A stretch of DNA of 64,000 nucleotides from positions 9,920,001 to 9,984,000 of the forward strand of contig NC_043014.1 of NCBI RefSeq assembly GCF_006345805.1, given 5' to 3'. The translations under genes were made by a program, and so were the position numbers. The DNA is from Octopus sinensis (Eukaryota). Shown piece after piece: positions 53,641 to 64,000 of this stretch (its first letter is position 1; the number at the start of each line of letters is the position of its first letter). The notes beneath the pieces are model-generated. The model made no database searches. It had not been told where the DNA came from and saw only the letters and a program-made list of their open reading frames with translations.

Positions 53641-54222
53641 TGGCGAGCTGGTAGAAACGTTAGTGCGCAGGGCGAAATGCTTAGCGGTATTTCTTCTGCC
53701 GTTGTGTTCTGAGTTCAAATTCTGCCGAGGTCTACTTTGCCTTTCATCCTATCGAGATCGGTTAAATAAGTACCAGTTATGCACTGGGGTCGATATAATC
53801 GACTTAATCCGTTTGTCTGTCCTTGTTTGTCCTGTCTGTATTTAACTCCTTGTGGGTAGTAAAGAAATAGGTATTTCGTCTGCCGCTACGTTCTGAGTTA
53901 AAATTCCGACGAGGTCGACGTTACCTTTCATCCTTTCGTGGTCGATAAATTAAGTACCAGTTACGCAGTGGGGTCGATATAATCGACATAATCCGTTTGT
54001 CCCCTCTGTGTTTAGCCCCTTGTGGGTAGTAAATAGGTATTTCGTCTGCCGCTACCTTCTGAGTTCAAATTCCGCCGAGGTCGACTTTGCCTTTCATCCT
54101 TTCGGGGTCGATAAATTAAGTACCAGTTACGCACTGGGGTCGATGTAATCGACTTAATCCGCTTGTCTCTCCTTGTTTGTCCTGTCTGTGTTTAGCTCCT
54201 TGTGGGTAGTAAAGAAATAGGT
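53641..54222 (+). mobile_element. SINE family B head-to-tail trimer
   Basis: Junctions (G)AAATAGGTATTTCG at about 53865 and 54031. Confidence 0.9.
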
Positions 54223-55064
54223 ATTAATATTGATTGTTTAGGCCTCGATTTTGACAAGATCAACGTAGATTCCACAGGGAGCTTTTCTGAATAGATTTTG
54301 GATCCAGAAACCTTATGATGGTTCAAAAATATTTTGTTGCAGTTAAATACATTAATTCCATTTGGCTGGTATTGTTTTCATATTTTCCTAATATCTTTCG
54401 TCATGAACAAAGAATTACAAAGGAAAACAGTAATGTCACATAGAAAACCAATAATTAATTGAAAATTGTTTTTCATCATTTCTGTCATAGAAATTTAACT
54501 GCTACGTGGCCCCTGAGTATCGCAGGATGAGATGTGTTATGTCATAGAAAGAGTCATTGCTTAGCCTCAGGTCAACTCTGATGGAGCAGTTTTATAGAAC
54601 AAAGATGGCTGTAGTTTTCTCGCCTCATGTCCTACATGGTTTGGCCCAGCTATAGTATATAGAAGGTTGTTGCCTAATCTAAGCACAGACCTATGGGAGC
54701 AAGCCATACTCACTGGTAGATCTTTATCGAAGAGCTTTTGTTACGTTTCCAAAATCAGTTCTTACTTAGTAATAGTGTCAGGTGATATGCTGCTAATAGT
54801 CCAGGTGTAGCTCAAATCATCTCTGATAGTCTTGTTATATGACACCGAGTATATTTTTCGATAGTGTTTTCTCATATGAATGTGTGAATGTAGACTGGGC
54901 AATCTTCTGGCTTGCAGCTACCGAGATGAACGAATTAATGTACCGCACAGAATCAATTTCTGTCATATCAACGTTTAAACCAAGATCATTCTACACACAT
55001 TGAAATATGGTGGTTAATCTTAAGGAGTCAGTGCAACCTGGATATGTTGCAATCCCTCCTCCTG

Positions 55065-55372
55065 TTTGTTGTTCGTTCCTTCTCGAAACATGCCTGGCTC
55101 ATAAGGGCCGATTTCCCGGTTTCCTTGGCGTATAGGTTCCCCACCCGGACGTGACGCCGGTCCGTCGCAGGTGAGCTGCAAGATGCAGGAGGAAAGATTG
55201 AGAGAAAGTTGTGGCAAAAGAGTCAGCAGAAGTTCGCCATTACCTTCTGCTGGAGCCGCGTGAAGCTTAGGTGTTTCGCTCATAAACACACACATCGCCC
55301 GGTCTGAGGTTCGAACCCGCGATCCCTCGACCGCGAGTCCGCTGCTCTAACCACAAGGCCATGTGCCTCCAC
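55065..55372 (-). mobile_element. SINE head C with tail 2
   Basis: Matches 47982 and 49608. Confidence 0.88.
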
Positions 55373-55469
55373 TGCAAACTCTCCTCTCCCAGCTGAGGCG
55401 ACAGTTTTGATGGGCAAAATAAACTCAAGTTGAATGTCACACGGTACCATGTGGTTGGTAAACAAGCTA

Positions 55470-55874
55470 CTTACCACACAGCCATTCCTCACCTATTTTT
55501 TCTGGAAAAAATCTTTAAAAAAAAATTTGACCAATTTTCCCGATCATCCTGTGCGAGGCAAGACATACGAGATACTGTTTTAGGCTTTATAGTTTAATTC
55601 TGTCCGCCGGAAATTTGCTATTCATGTAGTTATAAGCATTATTGATATCGACATTTAATCGATAACGATAGATCTATTTTCTTTGATTCTTTGTCTACTA
55701 CAGATTATTACAGATTGTCCTGTGCTCAAGTGTAGCTAATGTCCACTTCATATCTACACTATTGAGTTTTGTGATATACTTTACTTTAACGTAGAGAAGC
55801 AAACGGCAGCGATTTGTGGAAACTTAGTTTTAACGATTCATGGGACATCGGTTGTTGTAAGACACCAGATGCTC
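55470..55874 (+). repeat. Segment duplicated locally as 58798-59129 and 56872-56936
   Basis: Direct sequence match. Confidence 0.85.
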
Positions 55875-55939
55875 TGCGGTTTGTTGCATTTAATTTTGCT
55901 AAATTCTCTTGAACGATCTTAATATATGTGGACTTGACG

Positions 55940-56150
55940 GATGTTAGGTGACCGAATCGTTAGCAAGTCGGGCAAAATACTCAGCGCCGTTTTGCCCGTC
56001 TTTACGCTCTCAGATGAAATTGCGCCGAGGTCGACTTTGCTTTTTATCCTTCCGGGGTCAAAAAATAAGAACCAGTTGAGCACTGGGTTCAATATAATTT
56101 CTTACCAAGTCATTCAAATTTGCTGGCCTTGTGCCAAAATTTGAAATCAG
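55940..56150 (+). mobile_element. Diverged SINE family B, alternative tail
   Basis: B core and GGCCTTGTGCC tail. Confidence 0.65.
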
Positions 56151-57034
56151 TATATGTCAGTTTGAAGACTAACATGTATGGCGGATTCTACAACGATTCG
56201 AACGTAAAACACACTATCACGAATCAAAATCTTGGAACAATGAAGTGACCTTCAGAGTTAACGACTGCATTTCTCACAAACCACGCTCAGTCGTCCTATA
56301 GCGGGTAGTCGGGCAATTTGAGAGTTTCAAAAAAGGGAATAAAAACACAATACTTCATCTAAAAATTAAAATATTTCGAAAAATTGACAAATATCAACTA
56401 GGCTATGGCTAGGAAATTGCAATTAAATCAAAGCAGCCGCCCTCAGCTTCCACCTCGAGGCAGCTCCGGACACTGGCGTATGCTTTCCTCACTGTGTTTC
56501 TCAAAATACCTTCAAACATCTCTTTGCCCGTGGGCACCAAGTCGACCTTGCTGTTGCATGCAGAGCTGTTGGTGCCTTTCTCAACAGCACCATTCACAAA
56601 GTAATAGACGGGATTCAAAATCGGAGGAATTGGGAGGGTAGATATTGGGGTTGGTGCAGTTGTAGAAAATATTTGAAATCTACTTTTGACACTTTCCAGG
56701 GGGGATGGCAATGTGCCGAATCCTTCCGCCACACATATTGACTTTCCGCAACAAAGGCTTCATCCTTCTATCTAGAAGTTTCACAGCCGTCTGAATTGAG
56801 TTTGAGGCACTGTACAAAGACGTTCGGCGGCCTCACGTCACCCTCATAGGAAACGCACCAAAATACCATCCCGATTTGTGGAAACTTAGTTTTAACGATG
56901 CATGGAGCATGGGTTGTAGTAAGACACCTGATGCTCGGGGGGGGGGGTATGTGGCAGAATCTCTTTTCATCTGAGTAAAACCAAATAATCCCCGGATGAA
57001 CAGGACTTAGCTTCTTCAGGAGTTCTTTTATTCT

Positions 57035-57545
57035 TTTACGCTTTTACTTGTTTCAGTCATTTGACTGCGGCCATGCTGGAGCACTGCCTTTTAGTCGAGC
57101 AAATCGACGCCAGGACTTATTCTTTAGAAGCCTAGTACTTATTCTATCGGTCTATTTTCGCCCAACCGCTAAGTTACGGGGACGTAAACCCACCAGCATC
57201 GGTTGTCAAGCGGTGTTGGGGGACAAACACAGACACACAAACACATACATACATGAGATCTCCCTTTTTAGTAGAAGAAATAGCTATAACTCTTTGACTG
57301 CTATTTCTAAATTCGGTATGTGGTAAGGCAATTCGTTGCTAAACCCTTTATTGCTTAGTATTACTTATATATATATATACATACACATATACGACGGGCA
57401 TCTTTCAGTTTACATCTACCAAATCCATTCACAAGGCATTGGTCGGTCCGAGGCTATAGTAGAAGACACTTGCCCAGTGGGACTGAACCCGGAACCATGT
57501 GGTTCGTAAGTAAGCTACTTACCGCACAGCCACTCCTACGCCTAT
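57035..57545 (-). mobile_element. SINE family A carrying a PLE-derived insert at 57255-57365
   Basis: The insert matches about 45405-45497. Confidence 0.85.
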
Positions 57546-57877
57546 GTCATACATTTCTCTGAGGCTTTGCCTATCACAATTTGTCACTTGCGCGTCTTGT
57601 ACGAGTTGTTGCGAAATTCCTCGTTCAGAGCCTGTTTTTTGGGGTGTAGAACATTAACACCCATCCCTCTAGCCAAAGCTAGGTTTCCGTAGGTTGTATC
57701 TGCCATCACCTTTTGGATAAATTCCGTCGTGCGTGCAGTCGGAACGTCTGTGTGTGTGTCCTTTGATGCAGGACACAACCATGTAGTCTCTGTTGCAGCT
57801 GTCCATGACACGTTTTACAGTTTTTACATTGTTCACACAGCATTGAGTAATAGTCATAGTGTCGGCATTTTCATACC

Positions 57878-58122
57878 TATTTCTTTATTACCCACAAGGG
57901 GCTAAACATAGAGGGGACAAACAACGACAGATATAGGTATTAAGTCGATCACATCGACCTCAGTGCGTAACTGGTACTTAATTTTTCGACCCCGAAAGGA
58001 TGAAAGGCAGAGTCGACCTCGGCGGAATTTGAACTCACAACATAACGGCAGACGAATACGGCTACGCATTTCGCCCGGCGCGCTAACGTTTCTGCCAGCT
58101 CGCCGCCGTTTCTGCCAGCTCG
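57878..58122 (-). mobile_element. SINE family B inside the mariner
   Basis: TSD CGGCATTTTCATA on both sides. Confidence 0.88.
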
Positions 58123-58289
58123 CCGGCATTTTCATAGCCAGCGCAAATCAACATGGAAAAGTAACTGTTTTCAAATATTCAGACGGCTTTCAATCTTCCA
58201 TCTCAGCTAACCTTTTCTCAGCTACAACTTTCAACTCTATAATCTGCAAAACGTCGTTGACTGTTCACTCTTACACCAATCATTTCTCT

Positions 58290-58508
58290 TTTACTCTTTT
58301 ACTTGTTTCAGTCAGTTGACTGTGGCCATGCTGGAGCACCGCCTTGAGTAGAGTAAGTCGACCCCAGGACTTATTCTTTATAAGCCTAGTACTTATTCTA
58401 TCGGGCCCTTTTGCTGAACCGCTAAGTGACGGGTACGTAAACACACCAGCATCGGTTGTCAAGCGATGTTGGGGGAAAACACAAGCACATAAACACACAC
58501 ACACACAC

Positions 58509-58551
<43 letters not shown>

Positions 58552-58820
58552 TCGGGGTGAGTACTTGATAATTGTAAGCACCTGTATATACCGTTTGGTG
58601 GTGTAGGTGGTGGAGTAAATTAATCAAAATAAAAACATGATGCCAAGGATTCAGCGGTATATATATATACATATATATACGACGGCCTTCTTTCAGTTTC
58701 CGTCTGCAAAATCCACTCACAAGGCATTGATCGGCCCGAGGCTATAGTAGAAGACACTCGCTCAAGGTGCCACGCAGTGGGACTGAACCCGGAACCACTT
58801 ACCACACAGCCACTCCTCGC
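58290..58820 (-). mobile_element. SINE family A
   Basis: Matches other A copies. Confidence 0.85.
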
Positions 58821-59149
58821 CTATTTTTTCTGGATAAAATCTTAAAAAACATTGGACCAATTTTCCCGATCATCCTGTGCAAGGCAAGACATACGAGATA
58901 TTTTTAAAGCTTTATAGTTTAATTCTGTCCGCCGGAAATTTGCTATTCATGTAGTTATAAACATTATTGATATCGACATTTAATCGATAACGATAGATCT
59001 ATTTTCTTTGATACTGCAGATTATTACGGATTGTCCTGTGCTCAAGTGTAGCTAATGTCCACTTCATTTCTACACTATTGAGGTTTGTGATATACTTTAC
59101 TTTAACGTAGAGAAGCAAACGGCAGCGATCACTCCTAACAAAATCTGTA

Positions 59150-59322
59150 CAGGCGCAGGAGTGGCTGTGTGGTAAGTAGCTTGCTAACCAACCACATGGT
59201 TCTGGGTTCAGTCCCACTGCGTGGCATCTTGGGCAAGTGTCTTCTGCTATAGCCCCGGGCCGACCAATGCTTTGTGAGTTGATTTGGTAGACGGAAACTG
59301 AAAGAAGCCTGTCGTATATATG

Positions 59323-59387
<65 letters not shown>

Positions 59388-59605
59388 TTGTGTGTCTGTG
59401 TTTGTCCCCCTAGCATTGCTTGACAGCCGATGCTGGTGTGTTCACGTCCCCGTCACCTAGCGGTTTGGCAAAAGAGACCGATAGAATAAGCACTGGGCTT
59501 ACAAAGAATAAGTCCCGGGGTCGATTTGCTCGACTAAAGGCGGTGCTCCAGCATGGCCGCAGTCAAAATGACTGAAACAAGTAAGAGTAAAAAAGAGTAA
59601 AAGAG
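59150..59605 (+). mobile_element. SINE family A, full length
   Basis: GGCGCAGGAGTGGCTGTGTGGTAAG through AAGAGTAAAAGAG. Confidence 0.9.
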
Positions 59606-60019
59606 TTTGAGAATGGAATGCAAACACTTAATAAAAACTAGAGCAGAGTCAATTCTAAGATTCACTATATTAGAGAATTTTGCTCTGGTAAATTGATGGA
59701 TAGAACGCTTTGCAGTAGTTAAATTCTTTCTATCCACTGAAGTTTAAAAACTGTCGGTTTCGAATTTGCGTTTTATCATTCGAAGTAGATAAATAATTAA
59801 CTTCGATACATCTGAATAACTCTCTGCCTGTACTCTTTCTCTGTCTGTCTGTCTGTCTCTCTTTCTTTCTCTCTCTCAGTTTCTTTTGGGGTTTCTATAC
59901 CTGAGAAAACGAAAAAAAAAACGTAATTTATCGTCGCAACACAGACCAAACCTGAGTGCAAGAAACGAAACAAAGTTTACTAAAGTCACCTGAAAAGTCA
60001 GTTCCTGGACTAGATATCG

Positions 60020-60132
60020 CAAATATCTATCGATTTATCTATTTGGCTATTTATCGGTTTATCTATCTGTCTATCGATTTATCTATCTGTCTGTCTATCT
60101 AACTACCTATCGACGTATATAGATAGATAGAC

Positions 60133-60223
<91 letters not shown>

Positions 60224-60336
60224 CAGATTGACAGACCAAGTGACAGACAGACAGACTGAGTGACCGACAGACAGAGTGACTGACAGACAGACAGGCAGAT
60301 AGATAGTGAGATTAGCTTTGTAGGTAGGTAGGTATG

Positions 60337-60406
<70 letters not shown>

Positions 60407-60407
60407 T

Positions 60408-60443
<36 letters not shown>

Positions 60444-60445
60444 AG
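60020..60445. repeat. (GATA)n/(GACA)n array
   Basis: Direct inspection. Confidence 0.95.
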
Positions 60446-61044
60446 TTCCTTCACTGTTCTCAATTTGCAATCTAAATGTATTTATACAAATTTATTAACA
60501 TATTCATGAAGTGAGAAATCAGTTGGAGTTATTAAGTTAATCAAACCCAATCAACACAATTTTCTGGACACAATTAAATAAGTCTCACACAGCTATTCGC
60601 GGAGGATGAAATCGAATCACGCATGTCTAAAAAAAAAATGATTTATTCATATATTAAAGATCGAAGTGTTTGGTGCAATATAATTACGTCCGATGGCATT
60701 CTAGCTTCAAATCCCGATCGTATTAGGTTTCTTTTTTCTATATTGAAACAGCAGCAAACATTTGGATTTCTAATTTAGCATAAATCCACAATTTTACAAG
60801 ATGGTATATAGCCAAATTAATAGAATCCATTATGTCAGTGGTACTAAATCGACTCGGAAAGGATAAAGAATAAATTGATGTCGAATGCACAGGAAATCAT
60901 CAGGTAAAAAGCTATTATATTTACTAAATAATGTTAGCAAATTTAATTCTCTGCACCTGTGGAGGCATCTACTGACCTGATGTTAATAGTAATTTATAAT
61001 AACATTTCCTCATATTATAAAATCATTTATAATGTGCACAATAT

Positions 61045-61530
61045 CGTGCGTACGTACGTACATACGTACACACGCACGTACGTACACACGCACGTACGTA
61101 CACACGCACGTACGTACACACGCACGTACGTACACACGCACGTACGTACACACGCACTACTTACGTACACACATACATACACACAAACACACACACGTAC
61201 ATACACACGTACACACGTACGTACACACGCACGTACACACACACAAACACACACGTACATACACACACATACACACACACACGTACACACACACACGTAC
61301 ATACACACACGTACATACACACACGTACATACACACACACATACACACAGACATACATACACACATACACACACATACACACATGCACACACACACATAC
61401 ACACACACATACACACACATACAAACATACATACACACACATGCACACACACATACACACATACATGCACACACACATACACACGCACACACACACACAC
61501 ACAGACATACATACATACAGACAGACAGAC
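61045..61530. repeat. (CA)n/(CGTA)n-rich array
   Basis: Direct inspection. Confidence 0.93.
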
Positions 61531-61552
61531 ACAGAAAGCATTATTCCTTAAG

Positions 61553-61622
61553 CGGTGTTAAGATCTGTGTTAAGATCTGTGTTAAGATCGGTGTTAAGAT
61601 CTGTGTTAAGATCGGTGTTAAG
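61553..61622. repeat. 12-bp minisatellite (GTGTTAAGATCT/G), about 6 units
   Basis: Direct inspection. Confidence 0.92.
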
Positions 61623-61994
61623 CCTTATTTACAGACCATGTATGACAGAAGAGATAATGATATAAGTAGACGATGTCTTATTTGATTGACACATTAATAC
61701 GGATAAACTGTTGTAAATCAAGCGTCAATAAGTGTTCCGAGAGAATATTTAGTCTTCAAGTTTTAAATTTAACAATTACACCCGTATTAATTGTGGGATT
61801 ATCTGCAGAATTATGTTTAATCATAGCAAATTCTGGATTGGATGGTGTTGTTAAATTTATGCGTTGTACAATACGAAATATTCGTTAAATTTTGTCCAGT
61901 GTATATTTATTTATTTCGTTCTTAAAATTCATAGAATTTCTAGTTAGGAGCGAATGTTTTCGAAGTTGAAAGAAAATTTCGCCTTTAGTCGTTA

Positions 61995-62493
61995 CTAGCA
62001 GTATCGCCCGGCGATACTATATAACTATATAAGCATTTTTAGAGAGTCACTTCCCTTATAGATGCAAATTCGGGCTTTCTTAGCCATTTCTGTTTTGGTG
62101 TCTTCAAGCCATGAAGTCGTTGTTCTAAAAGAACGCTGGTATCCTTGACAACGCTTTACGACGTTGATTTCCTTAAACTCCCTTCCCCACAGCTTCACGA
62201 GGGGTGGAAGAAGGGGGAGAAGCAAACAGGTGCAGGTGTGACCATGGACGCCAACTCCGCCGCCATTGACACACGAAAAAATATGCATTAAAATGGAATA
62301 AAAAATGATGTTAAATTATTTTTTAAATCGTAGACTCATCGTAGACGCGCGCTAATAGCCAGACGGGCTTGATATGAATCACGACTATAAGATACCCGAA
62401 TTTGGTTAAACTGCACCGCAAAATGTGGGAGTAGTTAGGAATCTAAATCGAAGGGGACAGACACTCACACAACTACAGTTTTATATATATAGA
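61995..62493 (-). mobile_element. Non-autonomous Helitron
   Basis: Minus strand starts TCTATATATATAAAA and ends with hairpin GTATCGCCGGGCGATAC, then TGCTAG followed by T. Confidence 0.8.
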
Positions 62494-63349
62494 CAATGGA
62501 AAATGTAGGATTAAACTACGTAAATGTTCTTTGTAGGTTTGCGATTTATAGAAAGTCCATTTAATTTTATCTGTAGAATATTTCTACTGAAGGACGTCAT
62601 TGTATATAAATGAAGCATCTTTAAAGATATTTTCAAACGAAGATAATGAAAATGGTCTACAGGATATAAAGTGAAGAAAATTAATAATAATATTTCTAGG
62701 GTTATTTGATTATTTATTTTTAAAGTAACACTTTTTCGTTCAGTTTCTTAGAGCAAAATTTATTAGAGTCTAAATATGAAATTCCATCTAGAAAATTAAT
62801 CACCTTCTGGACTTATTATGCTTCGCATTTAAAAATCTAATATCGGAAAAGGCATGGAGGTTTTTCCTTTTTAAATAAGTTGATTTCGGATTAGTGTATT
62901 ATGGTAGAAGAAAACCGCCTACGTGATAGAAACTGCCTCGCAGAAATGGTAACTATGTTATTAAAACATTAAGCACATATAGGCCGACTTGATCAGTAAT
63001 AACCTCGGGATCCATTCATTAATTAGTTTTATGAAGGCATTTGGAAAATTACATATATTCATATCCACCGAAGCCTGTTTGCTGACAATAAAGAGAGAAT
63101 TACTTGTGTGGATGAAGTGTTAACTGGATGTGGGCAATTTAAATGTAACAGCTTCATAAATTATTTTGAATCTGAGTGAAAACCCTGGTTGACTTCCAAA
63201 TGAAAGAAATTAGAGTTTCCTTACTCCAGAATTTTATTGAAACAGTTCAGAACCAAATTAGATTTTCTTCCGAAAATGTAACAAAATATTCATTTTAATT
63301 CGGCTAAAAGTGAATCTGATACACATTTGTTTATCCGTACTATTATATT

Positions 63350-63731
63350 GTGGAGGCGCAATGGCCCAGTGGTTAGGGCAGCGGACTCGCGGTCATAGGA
63401 TCGCGGTTTCGATTCCCAGACCGGGCGTTTGTGAGTGTTTATTGAGCGAAAACACCTAAAGCTCCACGAGGCTCCGGCAGGGGATGGTGGTGATCCCTTC
63501 TGTACTCTTTCACCACAACTTTCTCTTACTCTTACTTCCTGTCTCTCTTGTACCTGCATTTCAAAGGGCCGGCCTTGTCATTCTCTGTGTCACGCTGAAT
63601 ATCCCCGAGAACTACGTTAAGGGTACACGTGTCTGTGGAGTGCTCAGCCACTTACACGTTAATTTCACGAGCAGGCTTTTCCGTTGATTCGGATCAACAG
63701 GAACCCTCGTCGTCGTAACCGACGGAGTGCT
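63350..63731 (+). mobile_element. SINE head C with tail 1
   Basis: Matches 5537-5920; TACTATTATATTG repeated on both flanks. Confidence 0.9.
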
Positions 63732-63811
63732 TCCTACTACTATTATATTGAATTAACCGAATCAAAAGACGTACTCAGAAGTTATTCTGTATATGTAAGT
63801 TATAGTCTACC

Positions 63812-64000
63812 TATTTCTTTATTACCCACAAGGAGCTAAACATAGAGGGGACAGACAAACGGATTAAGTCGACTACATCGACCCCAGTGTGTAACTTGTA
63901 CTTAATTTATAAACCCCGAAAGGATGAAAGGCAAAGTCGACCTCGGCGGAATCTGAACTCAGAACGTAACGGCAGACGAAATACCGTTAAGTATTTCACC
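63812..64000 (-). mobile_element. SINE family B (runs off window)
   Basis: B tail and core. Confidence 0.85.

Larger units (their letters stand above)
56300..58285 (-). mobile_element. Fragmented Tc1/mariner (maT-like) transposon
   Basis: C-terminus 56409-56871 (PPNSSDF/NPVYYFVNGAVEK..EVEAEGG); N-terminus 57545-57875 (RRSDC/RTTEFIQKV..ALARGMGV..QALNEEFR); interrupted by SINEs. Confidence 0.75.

Noticed and set aside
61553-61622. CRISPR-like or regulatory array
   Set aside because: Contiguous 12-bp units with no spacers, in a eukaryotic context; an ordinary minisatellite

Overview
Eukaryotic, AT-rich, very repeat-dense DNA. The SINE families and microsatellite load look like an Octopus genome; this is inferred from recalled repeat sequences, not from a search. 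I cannot support any intact, identifiable protein-coding gene. Nearly all supplied ORFs are microsatellite, SINE or decayed-transposon translations. The window is a mosaic of (1) tRNA-derived SINEs of four kinds, labelled A-D here, with swappable heads and tails; (2) 5'-truncated LINEs of the R4/Dong-like, other RLE-type, RTE, Tx1/L1 and CR1/L2 classes, several lying in a family-specific microsatellite; (3) Tc1/mariner and hAT remnants, a hAT MITE with an 8-bp TSD, and non-autonomous Helitrons; (4) kb-scale TA, GATA, CA and GGT/AGT simple repeats. The most notable signal is a set of hammerhead ribozyme motifs in Penelope-like repeat termini. One is an apparently intact type I hammerhead at 2357-2415 (minus strand), one is near-intact with a long stem II at 45229-45320 (plus strand), and several are decayed. 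A CpG-rich island at about 38.6-39.15 kb and a few weak exon candidates at 46.8-51.9 kb hint at an unidentified host gene. Repeat boundaries are approximate unless a TSD or terminal motif is quoted.
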